Virus record (IMG/VR): IMGVR_UViG_3300030450_003626
DNA: 64,000 nt
Reading direction: 5' to 3' (one strand)
Source: an uncultured virus (IMG/VR IMGVR_UViG_3300030450_003626)
Taxonomy: Duplodnaviria > Heunggongvirae > Uroviricota > Caudoviricetes
The notes under the pieces were generated by a model. It made no database searches. It saw nothing but the letters and a program-made list of their open reading frames with translations, and was not told where the DNA came from. This document shows positions 8,584 through 19,350 of the stretch, piece by piece; the first letter of the stretch is position 1, and each line of letters opens with the position of its first letter. The translations under genes were made by a program, and so were the position numbers.

Positions 8584-11073
8584 ATGATTGATCGTCGGTA
8601 TCCGATACAGACCGTTTTAGCGAACCGTAAGATGTTTGCTGGTGGCGGAGTGGTTTCACCACAACAGACGGCCGCTCCTGTTCAACCGTCCATGGGCATT
8701 TTATCGTCTTCCGTTCCTCTCATGGAAGCGGTGGCGGCGGATGCCGTTAATCCCGCTGGTGGCAGCACGATGGTCGAAGCAGCGGAGTTTAGTAACGGTG
8801 GTGCTGTTCAGATTCCCAAATGGAATCCTTCCGGTCCCTCTACTCAATATTTCACGATGCCTAATGGCGATGTAGTGGAGATACCTAAACCCGCACAGGT
8901 AACGCAGTCCCGCGCTGGAGCGGTTGAACCAATAGAGGATATTACAGGTTCTGAAGGCCTTATTTCACAAATTGTGTCAGGATTGACTCCAAGAGGAATG
9001 GACCCTAGGTCTGGGGAACGCACACGGATCGGACCGGGCGCCGACCCAGAAGCACTTAAACGAAGGGCGGGAAGTTATAACACCGCTTCGGAAGTGTTTC
9101 CTGACGAGGCAAAACTAACGGGCGGCGTTCTTGACTCAAAAACAGCAACAAGCGGTCCTTGGTGGGCACCGGGTTCAGGGCAAAGGATGCAAGGGCCTGG
9201 TTCTTTGTTAGAAGATGCTGCCAAGGTTCCGTACAATGTTGCGGATTCTATATTGAGAGAAGCGGGGCAGTTAACAGGCAGAGCAAGAGATACCTTTGTA
9301 GATCTTTGGAACACTGTATCTATACAACACCCCGATGAGGTTGGTAACTTGAAGTTTGCTGAACAGCAGTTTGCGATAGGGGAAGCCCTTAGACGCCGAC
9401 CGACTGTTTCAGGGGTTTCTGACCAAGAGATTTTGGATCGAATTAGCGACACCAGTAAAAAGGCGTTGCAGGCTGACCCACAGGTAAGCGGCGAAGTACT
9501 TTCGGAGGTGTTGTCTAAGGATTTAATTGAGACTTATGAAACCCCCTATCGCCAAGCCACGGAAGGTTTTGGTGGACGTGTGGCGAGTGGAGAACCACCT
9601 GACACCAGCGGCGAAGACATTACTTCTGCGGAAATTGAAGCAATGGATTTAGACAAGCCGGGTTTACTCGGTTTAGCCGCTGATTTCTCAGATGTTGTTA
9701 CAGGGAAATCTGCGGAAAAAATATTAAAAGAACAAAACGCCGTTGTTGAAGGCGCGCAAGAAACTGTGGGCTCCACAAGTGATTCTGGTCCGTCCGATGA
9801 TGCTTTTGACCGGGCTGAAATTGATGCGGAAGACGCAAGCGATGCACCGGGGTCAGGACAGAGGTCTATAGAAGCCTTACTCGCTGCTGGTTTTGATGAT
9901 GTTGTCAAAGAAGCGGAAACACCTGACGAAACCAAAAAGGGAATGAGCGACTACTTTAAAAGATTTAAGGATGCTATGGGGTCGGAATACAAGGGAATGT
10001 CCGATTCCGAAAAGGGTTACGCCATAATGGAAGCGGGTTTAAAAATTATGGCGGGGCAAAGCCCCTACGCTCTTGTCAACATTGCCGAAGGTCTGAAAGG
10101 CCTTGGTCCGCAGTTTGCAAAGGACGCTAAAGAAAAACGAATGTGGGACCGTCAGGTTAATTTGTCAGCGGCCAAATATGCACTCGCGGCGGTTGATAAA
10201 GATACGGAACGGTTGAGAGCTTTTGCGGAAAAAGAAAGAGATTTAATAAGCGTCATGAACCCTAAGACGGGGGACTTGAAGACCGTTACAAAAGCAGATT
10301 TACGGGCCGGAAATATACCCAAAGGATATTTGCCTACAAGCGATCCTTTCAAAAACTGGATTTCTGGGGTAAAAGCTACAAAACAGTTAATTGAGGCCCA
10401 AGCTAAACTTGCTGGTGAAGGGCAAATAACTTCTAAATGGCTTAAAGTAGGGGACGACTATGCGAGTAACGCTCAAAAAGTTTTAGATTCTGTGCAAAGT
10501 AAAACGTTACTGGGGCCTGCTGTAGAAATTTTGTTTCGCGAAAATCAACCAGTAACGGGCATCAGAGGCGTGATTGGCCAAAGTTGGAATAGGTTCTCAA
10601 ACGCGTTTGGTTTTACCGACAATAAATCAATATTAAAAAAAGAAGGAGAAGACAAAGAGAAGTACATCAGTCGCGTTCAAGCGGTCATTGCAAAGAAAAT
10701 TACCGCTATTTTAGGTGAATCTAACCGCACTATATCTACGCCAGATAGAACCAGAGCGGATCAAATTGCAGGTGTGTTTGCAGATTATTTGTGGGCTCCC
10801 ATGGGTGCTGATGTTGATATTTTAAGAGACAAAGTAACAGTGTTGTGGCAAACGCTGGAAAACGACGAAAGACAGGGGTTGGCTAGAATGAAGTTTGCGG
10901 AAGATTCCGTGGGGACTTTGACCGTGCCTGGTGGCGGAAGATTTTTTAGAGATGTTCTACGAGAGCAACGAAAATCTATTTTAAGGAAGTGGGATCCTAG
11001 TGCTAGTCCGGGAAGAGTTCGTAAGTTGTCTGATTTTGGGTACAACATTGAAAAAGGAACTTGGTCTAAATGA
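8584..11073 (+). CDS. Putative internal virion protein
   Basis: 829-aa ORF within the ejection-protein cluster. Confidence 0.5.
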   Translation: MIDRRYPIQTVLANRKMFAGGGVVSPQQTAAPVQPSMGILSSSVPLMEAVAADAVNPAGGSTMVEAAEFSNGGAVQIPKWNPSGPSTQYFTMPNGDVVEIPKPAQVTQSRAGAVEPIEDITGSEGLISQIVSGLTPRGMDPRSGERTRIGPGADPEALKRRAGSYNTASEVFPDEAKLTGGVLDSKTATSGPWWAPGSGQRMQGPGSLLEDAAKVPYNVADSILREAGQLTGRARDTFVDLWNTVSIQHPDEVGNLKFAEQQFAIGEALRRRPTVSGVSDQEILDRISDTSKKALQADPQVSGEVLSEVLSKDLIETYETPYRQATEGFGGRVASGEPPDTSGEDITSAEIEAMDLDKPGLLGLAADFSDVVTGKSAEKILKEQNAVVEGAQETVGSTSDSGPSDDAFDRAEIDAEDASDAPGSGQRSIEALLAAGFDDVVKEAETPDETKKGMSDYFKRFKDAMGSEYKGMSDSEKGYAIMEAGLKIMAGQSPYALVNIAEGLKGLGPQFAKDAKEKRMWDRQVNLSAAKYALAAVDKDTERLRAFAEKERDLISVMNPKTGDLKTVTKADLRAGNIPKGYLPTSDPFKNWISGVKATKQLIEAQAKLAGEGQITSKWLKVGDDYASNAQKVLDSVQSKTLLGPAVEILFRENQPVTGIRGVIGQSWNRFSNAFGFTDNKSILKKEGEDKEKYISRVQAVIAKKITAILGESNRTISTPDRTRADQIAGVFADYLWAPMGADVDILRDKVTVLWQTLENDERQGLARMKFAEDSVGTLTVPGGGRFFRDVLREQRKSILRKWDPSASPGRVRKLSDFGYNIEKGTWSK

Positions 11074-14000
11074 CCCAAATAGAATTTCCATCGGGCGACG
11101 TTGTCGATTTTGAAGACGCCAACGAGCAACAAATAAAGGATGCTGTTGACGGTCTTCGAGAACGAAACCCAGAATTATTTGTTGAAAAAACTTTTGATTA
11201 CGGAACGGCGTCTTTTGACGAAATTGTGGCCCGTGCCCGTGGGGAACAATCGGGTTTGACCGGAGGAGACCCGTCAACGTCCGAACCTTCTTTCTCACCC
11301 ACTATTGAGGGTCAGGTTACCGATTACAACACTCGTTGGGAGTTTGGTAAAAAAGATACGGTTGAGGAAGAAGAAAAGTTTTTAACTGAGAAGTACGGAC
11401 CAGACTCTTTCGGCAGAGATGACAGCGGTAATTACTTTCTTAAACTAGACAATATTTCCCCCGAAATTAAAGCTAACAACAATTTAGCGAACTCTGGAAC
11501 CATGTGGTTCAACCGACCGGGGGGTGGTTTCCTTGGATTGTTTGACGCGCCAGATGTTGTTGAGTTTTTAGGAAAGTACCGGGGGGAATTGATTGGTGCT
11601 ACTGGTGCCGCCATGGCGGCATCTGGTCTTGGTCTGATCCCAGGATCGATCCTAATAGGTCTTGGAGCGGGTCTCGGTAAGGGGGCGGATGAGTACTTAG
11701 AAACTCGAGAAGGTTCTCAATTACAATCGGCTGATGAAATATACGGTGATGTAGCTACAGCGGCGGCGTTTAACGCAGGGGGTAACCTCCTTATCGGCGG
11801 CGTGCTTAAAGGCCTTGGTCGGATAATTAAAGGACCCGGCAACCCTGACGCTCAAGTTATTTCAGACCTTATGGATCAGGGCCTAACAGCAGGGCAGGCA
11901 AAAGCGGCAGCTGTGCAACTGCAACGAACTTCCACTAGAGAAGCCATGGAAGAAGGTTTGAGGCCCACTATTCTCGATGCTACGGGAAAGGCTGTTTTGG
12001 GTAGAATGCAGGCTATTCATGAAGGGATTTTTCCTAACAGAGCGGCCGCCCGTTCAAACCGTAAATATGTTGAAGACTTGTTAAATAAATACAGAAATGG
12101 TGAGTTGAGCGGGGACGCTTTGGGCGAAGCCCTTGATCAAAACGCCAAAAACATTACCAACATGCTGGCGCAAGCAATGAAAGATCCTGATGATGCTGTG
12201 AGGTTGGCTAACCAGCATCTTCGTAAAGTTATAGACGAAGAAATAGCTTTGCTGAAAAAGTTGTACACGCCAGGAGACGAAACTGCCGCAGCCTTTCAAA
12301 ACGAAGTAACTCGTATGGTTCGCCTGTGGCAGAACAATAACAAACAGCTATACGGCAATGCGTCAGAAGCGCTTGGAGAAAACAAGCTTTTTAAATCTTC
12401 AGATTTACAAGCCGTTGTAAAAAGACAACTCAAGCAACCTTTGGCTGAAGAATCTGGATTAAAAAACAATCCAGTGTACAAGTATATTTTAGGGAAGACT
12501 GACGACTACACTTTGAAAGAGCTCCAGACGCTTCGTACTGCGGTAAACAATTCTCGTAGTAGTAGCTTGGTTGGTGACGTTGGGGATTTTGAATTAAAAG
12601 AATTGGCCGATACGTTGGACAATATGTTTTCGGCCGCGAACAAAGATGTAATGGAAAGAGTAAGTGTCGTCAGGTCTATCTTAAACACTTCACCAAATGC
12701 TGTGCCGCAATATCGCGATCTCGGACCTTTCGTAAACATTCCCCAAGGGAAAAACCCCGGAATGTTTTTAAGTAGGCAGGAAGCTGAACAAACCTTAAAA
12801 ACTTTAGACGACGGCTTTCGTCTTTTAAAAGAAGCCGATGCACATTACGCAAAAGGCGCTGAATCATTTAAAACAGGCGCCTTGAACATGCTTAATCGTA
12901 ACGTCAAAGATGGGTACTTCGCAGATTTAAACTCAGTGGTGGAGACCGTTGTACAAAACGGCAAGCCAGAACTTCTTAAAAAATATTTAAAAGCCGTAAC
13001 GCCCGAAGAGTCTGTTCGTGGAACCCTTCAATCTGTTCCGGAAACTCAATGGTTGTTGATGGCTGACGCAGCGAAAAAGAATAACATTGAGGAAATAAAC
13101 AGACTTCTTCAAAACAATTTTCCAGCACTAGCGGCTAACTTTGGCGATGCTAAGGCAAAAGCTTTAAGGAAAATTGGTTTAAGTTTTAAGCCCGAAAAGT
13201 TTTTAGAAACTCTTGGCCCTTGGGACCCTTATCGAAACAGTGTCTTAAATGACTTAGCTGAGACGTTTACTTTACACGCGGCAGACTCCGCAGCGGCGGC
13301 ATCCGGCAGACTTCATAAAGATGTAAGTCGTCAGATGCTGGCAAAATCATGGATGAAGACAGCTTGGCAAAAATCCAACGATATGGATGTGTTCGACCCG
13401 GTAAAGTTTCGGCGGCAGTTTGACGACTTAGGCAAGGAAGTCCAGCAAGAACTTTTTGGGGAATCTGAAGCCCGAAGATTGAACAGCGTTTTAAAAGATT
13501 TTGCCTTGGTTGCCCGAGACAGAGTTAAGGGTGGTTTAAGATTTCAGAACGCTGATACCAACACCATTATTAACTCCAACATGCGTAACATTGTGTCCAA
13601 CCTTCAAGACGACGTTGCTGAAGCGCAAGCACAAAGTACAAGTGCATTATTCCAAGCAATCAAGTCTGGTAGGGTTGATGACGCTGACACTTTAATCCAA
13701 GCGGCGGTAAAAGATCCTCGTTTGCTGGATGATCTTGTTTCCAAGGTTCCTGACGCTGTGCTTAACCAACCATATGGTTTACGGGACGCTGCGATGTCTC
13801 GTGTTATTCGTGAGGCTTTTCCAGATGGGGTTACGGAGGAAGCCGTAATAAACGGGGCATGGCAAAACGGTATGCGGGCTGCGTTAGAAAACATGAACCA
13901 GCGTGGTTCTTTAAACAAGATATTGGGACCAGAGACGGTACAGGATCTTTTAAAACTAACGAAGCTGCCTGTTGGGGATCGATCCCTCCGCGGGAAAGGC

Positions 14001-14570
14001 GGCCTTGCTTCATCAGCCTATGCTGCGGGCATAGGCATGAGAATATTAGCGGAACCTGTGTCAGGTATTGCTTCGGTAGCCAGTATCTATGCCAGTGGGC
14101 GAATCTTGCGTAGCAAACGCTTCCTAAAATTAATGACAAGCCCAAGCATTAGAGCAACGGATTTAAAGGCTGGTATCCGCGCTCTTACAGATGACATCTT
14201 GGCGAAGGCGCGAGCAGACGGTGTTAATCTTACTAGAAAGCAGGCGAACGACGCCGCTAAAAAACAGTTGGGGAATTTAAGCGTTTTTCGACGCAGGCTT
14301 AGAGAAATCGCTGGGACAGAAGCACGGGTAATTGGTTTAACCAAAGCTTCCGAAAGTCTTGATCCGGATACCCGTGAAGGTATTCGCCAAAATGTATCGC
14401 AAGCGGTAGACGTTGCCCGGCCAATGGTCCAAAACCTACAGCAGCAATTGCCCGAAATTCCCGCAGCCGCGGCCCAAGCGCAGCAAGCCGTGGACCCACT
14501 TCGCCAAGCTATGCGTGAGCAGATGGACCCACGCGTACAGGCCCGACAGGACTTGGTAGGCGGTCGATAA
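11070..14570 (+). CDS. Large internal virion / ejection protein
   Basis: 1166 aa, helical, with Gly/Ala hydrophobic segments; last gene of the cluster. Confidence 0.55.
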   Translation: MTQIEFPSGDVVDFEDANEQQIKDAVDGLRERNPELFVEKTFDYGTASFDEIVARARGEQSGLTGGDPSTSEPSFSPTIEGQVTDYNTRWEFGKKDTVEEEEKFLTEKYGPDSFGRDDSGNYFLKLDNISPEIKANNNLANSGTMWFNRPGGGFLGLFDAPDVVEFLGKYRGELIGATGAAMAASGLGLIPGSILIGLGAGLGKGADEYLETREGSQLQSADEIYGDVATAAAFNAGGNLLIGGVLKGLGRIIKGPGNPDAQVISDLMDQGLTAGQAKAAAVQLQRTSTREAMEEGLRPTILDATGKAVLGRMQAIHEGIFPNRAAARSNRKYVEDLLNKYRNGELSGDALGEALDQNAKNITNMLAQAMKDPDDAVRLANQHLRKVIDEEIALLKKLYTPGDETAAAFQNEVTRMVRLWQNNNKQLYGNASEALGENKLFKSSDLQAVVKRQLKQPLAEESGLKNNPVYKYILGKTDDYTLKELQTLRTAVNNSRSSSLVGDVGDFELKELADTLDNMFSAANKDVMERVSVVRSILNTSPNAVPQYRDLGPFVNIPQGKNPGMFLSRQEAEQTLKTLDDGFRLLKEADAHYAKGAESFKTGALNMLNRNVKDGYFADLNSVVETVVQNGKPELLKKYLKAVTPEESVRGTLQSVPETQWLLMADAAKKNNIEEINRLLQNNFPALAANFGDAKAKALRKIGLSFKPEKFLETLGPWDPYRNSVLNDLAETFTLHAADSAAAASGRLHKDVSRQMLAKSWMKTAWQKSNDMDVFDPVKFRRQFDDLGKEVQQELFGESEARRLNSVLKDFALVARDRVKGGLRFQNADTNTIINSNMRNIVSNLQDDVAEAQAQSTSALFQAIKSGRVDDADTLIQAAVKDPRLLDDLVSKVPDAVLNQPYGLRDAAMSRVIREAFPDGVTEEAVINGAWQNGMRAALENMNQRGSLNKILGPETVQDLLKLTKLPVGDRSLRGKGGLASSAYAAGIGMRILAEPVSGIASVASIYASGRILRSKRFLKLMTSPSIRATDLKAGIRALTDDILAKARADGVNLTRKQANDAAKKQLGNLSVFRRRLREIAGTEARVIGLTKASESLDPDTREGIRQNVSQAVDVARPMVQNLQQQLPEIPAAAAQAQQAVDPLRQAMREQMDPRVQARQDLVGGR

Positions 14571-15019
14571 TGCAACTCTCGGAACACTTCAGCCTGGCAG
14601 AATTAATTAAGTCGGATACGGCCGCTCGTCTGGGCATTAACAATGAACCGCGGGCCTTGGTCATTGAAAAACTGGCCTTGGTCTGTGAGAACATTCTCGA
14701 GCCGGTTCGCAACCACTACGGTGTTCCGTTTTCCCCTAGCAGTGGTTTTCGCTGCTTGGCCCTTAACAGGGAGATTGGATCCTCTGACAAGTCGCAGCAT
14801 GTAGAAGGTGAGGCGGTAGACTTTGAGGTTCCGGGTGTTGGCAACAAGGAAACCGCGCTTTGGGTTCGCGATAATTGCGACTTTGATCAATTAATTCTGG
14901 AGTTTTACAAGGAGGGGAAGCCTCACTCTGGTTGGGTTCATTGCAGTTACCGGAGCGAACAAAAGAACAGGCACAGCGCCGTTGCCTTTGACGGTAAGAC
15001 ATGGAGCTCGTTGGAGTAA
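14570..15019 (+). CDS. Peptidase M15A family endolysin
   Basis: LSEHFSLAEL, SSGFRC, SQHVEGEAVD and WVHCS Zn-peptidase motifs. Confidence 0.9.
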   Translation: MQLSEHFSLAELIKSDTAARLGINNEPRALVIEKLALVCENILEPVRNHYGVPFSPSSGFRCLALNREIGSSDKSQHVEGEAVDFEVPGVGNKETALWVRDNCDFDQLILEFYKEGKPHSGWVHCSYRSEQKNRHSAVAFDGKTWSSLE

Positions 15020-15711
15020 TGCCTGAAGGTTTGACCAAAGGTATTGCTGGGATACCTCTAGGATTTAGCACTGGCGGTATTTACCAAGATCCCACCCCCT
15101 TGGTCACTAATCAGGCGGCGCAATTCTCTCCTGAAGACGTAAATTCTCCTAACGTTCCGCTCGAGCCAGTAAGCAAAACCTCATTCAACCTGGCTAACGC
15201 CGCATTCACGGGGGCTGGATTATTGGTTCCAGCTCTTGCACCATTGTCGTTCGGCTTCACCCTTGCACGCGCCTACAACTACTTATTCGGCGAGGACGAA
15301 GCCCAGACACAGAACATGGAGCCGTTTGGGATTGATCCGATAGGCCAGTTCACTGGCATTGGTGGTCCAACCGGTTCAGACGATACATCGGACGATCCAG
15401 AAGACTCCGATGCAGCGGCTACGGCATCGGCAGCAGCGGTTGGGTTTGACACTGAAGATACAGAAATGGCGGCAGAAATGTCTACCGATGACACTGGCGG
15501 TGGGAGTGGTCCTAGCGGCGGTGGCAGTGACACTGGCGATGCTCCAGGCGGGCCATTTCACCTCGGCGGTTTCGTTGACACAGGTTCTCAAATGGGAGGT
15601 ATTGCGTCATTACGGCCCGGAGCCAACGCGCTCCAAGATTACGTTAGATCAAAGTTAGATTTGTCGAATGGAATTGGGGGGTACGGACCTGTCTTAGGTA
15701 ATTTTGGTTAA
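15001..15711 (+). CDS. Hypothetical protein with an acidic low-complexity region (true start may be 15019)
   Basis: ORF fills the gap in operon direction. Confidence 0.5.
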   Translation: MELVGVMPEGLTKGIAGIPLGFSTGGIYQDPTPLVTNQAAQFSPEDVNSPNVPLEPVSKTSFNLANAAFTGAGLLVPALAPLSFGFTLARAYNYLFGEDEAQTQNMEPFGIDPIGQFTGIGGPTGSDDTSDDPEDSDAAATASAAAVGFDTEDTEMAAEMSTDDTGGGSGPSGGGSDTGDAPGGPFHLGGFVDTGSQMGGIASLRPGANALQDYVRSKLDLSNGIGGYGPVLGNFG

Positions 15712-16003
15712 TGATATGAAACCCTTAATCTTTTTCGTTTTGGTTCTTATGGCCGTGTCTTCTGCTTCCGCGCAGAACATTTGCGCGAAACGCGAAGAGG
15801 TTGTTGAAAGGCTTTGGAACAGGTGGCAAGAGGTTTTGACAGCCAATGGGTTGACGAACGACAACCAACTTGTCGAAGTGTTTGTATCAAAAAAAGGTTC
15901 TTGGACAATCATCATAAGTGACCCAAGCGGAAAATCTTGTGTCGCATCGGCCGGTCAAAACTGGACTCTGCGGGAACCAAAAGAACCAAAACGAGGCACA
16001 TAA
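15704..16003 (+). CDS. Small secreted protein
   Basis: Signal-peptide-like N-terminus (MKPLIFFVLVLMAVSSASA), two Cys, GSWTII motif. Confidence 0.6.
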   Translation: MVNDMKPLIFFVLVLMAVSSASAQNICAKREEVVERLWNRWQEVLTANGLTNDNQLVEVFVSKKGSWTIIISDPSGKSCVASAGQNWTLREPKEPKRGT

Positions 16004-17061
16004 TGGCTGCTCAAAGCCTTGATAAAGGCGTCTTACAGGAATGTCTGGACGCCGTCGCTAGGCACGATACAGTGGCTGCTGCGGCACGCTCTCTCAACCT
16101 TGCGGAAAGCACTCTTCGGTCTCGCTTGTTGCAGGCACGAAAACAGTCAATGACGGCTAACCGAGAGCATGGCGTCCCGGTTTTCCCGGATTTCGGCGCC
16201 AGCGATATGCCCATTGAAAACATTATCGACCACATGTCTGAGCGGTTTAAAAGACAACACGCTCACCACAAGGCTCGAGAATGGTTCGACATAGAAATGC
16301 CCGACAACAAGCCTATTGCACTGTGCTTGATGGGAGATCCGCATGTAGACGACAACGGGTGCAATTGGCCCTTGTTGCGCGAAGATTGCGAGATCATGGC
16401 CAATACCCCCGGAATGTACTGCGTGCAGATGGGCGATGCCTCAAACGCTTGGGCCGGCCGCTTGATCCGGTTATGGGCGGATCAGGATAGCAGTAGATCG
16501 ACAGCTTACCGTCTTGTTGAGTGGTTGATGGTGGAGAGCGGCGTCCAGTATCTTTTATGCTTGTTGGGCAACCACGATACTATGAGTACTGAAAACGCCT
16601 TTACGATCAAGCAGATGCTCAAAAACACAGTTCATGTTTTTGATTGGCAGGCCAAATTTAACATCACGTTTCCCAACGGGAAGAAATGCCCCACATGGCT
16701 GGCGCACAGCATGAAGGGAACCAGTATCTACAACATCCTCCATGGGCCGATGCGGGCCTCCAAATTTTCAACCATCCCAATTCGGATTCTGGGCCAAGGT
16801 CACCACCATGAATGGGGATACTTTGTAACCGAAGATGTAGACACAAAACTATCGACACATATGATCAAGACGCGCGGATATAAATATGTGGACGAGTATG
16901 CTGATCGGCACCAGTTCGGCAGTCAGGACGATGGCGCCACCATGTCAGCGATCATTGACCCGCGGGTAGACGAAAGCCATCCGGGTTTTATACGTGTGTT
17001 TGAGGACCTTAGATTAGCCCGCGACTACTTGAATTTCCTACGATCCAAAAAGCCTACTTAG
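16003..17061 (+). CDS. Calcineurin-like metallophosphoesterase with an N-terminal HTH
   Basis: GDPH, MGD, GNHD, AH and GHHH metal motifs; AAAARSLNLAESTLRSRL HTH; start taken at the TAATG overlap. Confidence 0.8.
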   Translation: MAAQSLDKGVLQECLDAVARHDTVAAAARSLNLAESTLRSRLLQARKQSMTANREHGVPVFPDFGASDMPIENIIDHMSERFKRQHAHHKAREWFDIEMPDNKPIALCLMGDPHVDDNGCNWPLLREDCEIMANTPGMYCVQMGDASNAWAGRLIRLWADQDSSRSTAYRLVEWLMVESGVQYLLCLLGNHDTMSTENAFTIKQMLKNTVHVFDWQAKFNITFPNGKKCPTWLAHSMKGTSIYNILHGPMRASKFSTIPIRILGQGHHHEWGYFVTEDVDTKLSTHMIKTRGYKYVDEYADRHQFGSQDDGATMSAIIDPRVDESHPGFIRVFEDLRLARDYLNFLRSKKPT

Positions 17062-18994
17062 CCAGCCCCCAGTTCTCGCCTATTCCAATATCTACCTTTG
17101 ACGGGATTGTTAGCGCGGGGGCGCAGTTTTCCATAATGTGTTTGATCTCCGCCTTTTGCTCATCGCTCTCAAGCGAGAAGCACAATTCGTCATGAACTGT
17201 AAGCATGGGCCAATGACCATTGTCCATGCAGTCGCGCATAGCCATCTTCGTTTGATCGGCCGCAGAGGCTTGGATTAGGCGGTTAAGCGCCTTGTAAACA
17301 AAGGCGACTTGATACTTGACCGGGTTCATGCTGCCCCAGTTCTGCTCTCTTTCCTCCACGGGCGTTTCCAGTATGTCGCGCCAGCGCTCTTCCAGTTTAT
17401 CGACATGGATGCTTTGCTTTAAAGTCTCGGAATAGCCCCTAAGTTCCCGCATGGGGAATCGGCACTTACGCCCAAGCATCGTCTTGATTTCAGCACGCCT
17501 CGAGGCGGCATCCATAACCGCGGAAGCCAACGCACGGATGAACGGCACTTTTTCGTCATATTCGTTACGCAACACCTTGGCTTCGTCAAAAGAAATGTCG
17601 CCAAGGGTCTGGGCCAACTTTCCAATGCCCATACCGTACATGATTCCAAGGTTGATCGTCTTGGCTAGGTCTCGTTCAACCCCAGCCATATCCGCGACCA
17701 ACTGGTGGAAGTCAATGTCGTCTGATTGGTACTGCGATACGATCTCTTTAACCTTATCGTTGTCCTTGGTCGATGGCGTCAGGGACGCATAGTGCATCAT
17801 CCACCGTGGTTCTTGGGCGCTGTAGTCAAAACTCCCCCACTGGCAACCTTCTTCTGGCAGAAAAAGACCCCTGATGAGTTTTTTGATTTCCGGATGCCTA
17901 GAGGGAACTTGCTGTAAATTAGGATTGCTTGACGAGAAGCGTCCAGACACAGTTCCACCTTCATCGGAGCGCAGTTGGTTAAACTGGCAATGAATACGGC
18001 CGTTGTGCTGATGGTTAAGAATCGTATCAACGAACGTTGTGTTAGCCTTGTTGTACTCGCGAATCTCTAAAATTGTCTTGGCGATAGGGTGCTTGTGGTT
18101 CTTCAAGAAGTGTTTCGTAAAGCTTGGGGCTTTCGACTTTTCTGTTTTTTCATAGCTCAAACCCAGCTTTTCAAAAACTGCGGCTAGAGATTTTGCGTTC
18201 CACGGATGAAGCTCAACATTGGTCTCATCGTAGACCTTTTTAAGGAGATCATCTTCCTTCTCTTGCAAACGCTTCTTGGTCATCTCCGCCTTTTCTACAT
18301 CGACCCGGACACCCCTGCGCTTCATCTCAAAGACCATGGGCAGCAGCGACAGTTCCATGTCCAGCACCCGGCCGCAATCGTCCTCCATCAGTTTCTTGTG
18401 CAGAACATCCCACAGGTTAAGTGTAAGGGTGGCGTCCATTTCAGCGTAATGGGCGACCCGCTCTGCGGGCAACTTCCACATTTCCGCTTTGGCATCGACC
18501 CCGTGCTGGTCGGCGGCCCTACGGAGATCCTCTTCCGCCTTCCGCTGACCAAGGTAGGTCGCCCCAAGCGCATTCAATGAATAGCTAAAGCGATTCTCAT
18601 CAAGCAAAGGCGCGGCGATCATGGTATCGAGTATTCGACCCTTGACCTCCACGCCCTCGCTCAAAAGCCAGCCCAAATCGTATTGGGCGTTGTGAAAAAC
18701 CACGTCCATACCGTGGTTTAGTTGGTCTTGGAGCCATCTAAGTACGAGGTCCTTCGCCATATTCCCACCACCTTCGTGAGCGATGGGCAGGTAGGCACTC
18801 CACCCAGAAGCGGCGACGGACACACCAATCAGGTTGCCATCCTTTCTTATCCACCCTGGCCCCAAGTCTCGTAGGTTCGGATCTCTGGTTTCCACATCGA
18901 CAGCAATAATTTTTTCCCCAGACAGGTCCGGGAGATGTTCCGGTGGATACCAAACCTTTTCGTTAAAAAGATCCTCACGCATTTTCTGAATCAA
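17054..18994 (-). CDS. polA: DNA polymerase family A with 3'-5' exonuclease domain
   Basis: DVET exo I, HNAQYD exo II, SGRFSSSNPNLQQ, DYSAQEPR motif A, KTINLGIMYG motif B, VHDE motif C. Confidence 0.95.
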   Translation of the reverse strand: MIQKMREDLFNEKVWYPPEHLPDLSGEKIIAVDVETRDPNLRDLGPGWIRKDGNLIGVSVAASGWSAYLPIAHEGGGNMAKDLVLRWLQDQLNHGMDVVFHNAQYDLGWLLSEGVEVKGRILDTMIAAPLLDENRFSYSLNALGATYLGQRKAEEDLRRAADQHGVDAKAEMWKLPAERVAHYAEMDATLTLNLWDVLHKKLMEDDCGRVLDMELSLLPMVFEMKRRGVRVDVEKAEMTKKRLQEKEDDLLKKVYDETNVELHPWNAKSLAAVFEKLGLSYEKTEKSKAPSFTKHFLKNHKHPIAKTILEIREYNKANTTFVDTILNHQHNGRIHCQFNQLRSDEGGTVSGRFSSSNPNLQQVPSRHPEIKKLIRGLFLPEEGCQWGSFDYSAQEPRWMMHYASLTPSTKDNDKVKEIVSQYQSDDIDFHQLVADMAGVERDLAKTINLGIMYGMGIGKLAQTLGDISFDEAKVLRNEYDEKVPFIRALASAVMDAASRRAEIKTMLGRKCRFPMRELRGYSETLKQSIHVDKLEERWRDILETPVEEREQNWGSMNPVKYQVAFVYKALNRLIQASAADQTKMAMRDCMDNGHWPMLTVHDELCFSLESDEQKAEIKHIMENCAPALTIPSKVDIGIGENWGLAK

Positions 18995-19350
18995 ACCTTT
19001 ATATCGTCATCAAATCGAACGACGTTCCTGTAATCCGAAAGAACAATAACGCCCCGGTCACGCAAGGATTGCAAATGATCGTGCCACTCTGACTCTCGCT
19101 CGCAAGCTTCCATTTCTTCCTTGGCACACTTTTCACACAAGACTTGAACAGAAGGATCCCCGGTGTTCTTCCCGATGGGGTCCGAAGAGGGTAACCGGAC
19201 CTCTTTTTCGCAAAAAGCGCAGTTATAAATTATCTCGGCAGTGCTAACCTGCTTGGGTCGGTGATGCTCTAAGTATTCTCGAAGCAAGTCGTACAAGGAC
19301 TCATCATCGTCAGCCATTAAGTCTTCCTTTCTTGAGACAAGGCCGCCCAC
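18991..19350 (-). CDS. Hypothetical protein with two CxxC motifs
   Basis: CAFC...CEKC; coupled to polA. Confidence 0.55.
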   Translation of the reverse strand: MGGLVSRKEDLMADDDESLYDLLREYLEHHRPKQVSTAEIIYNCAFCEKEVRLPSSDPIGKNTGDPSVQVLCEKCAKEEMEACERESEWHDHLQSLRDRGVIVLSDYRNVVRFDDDIKV

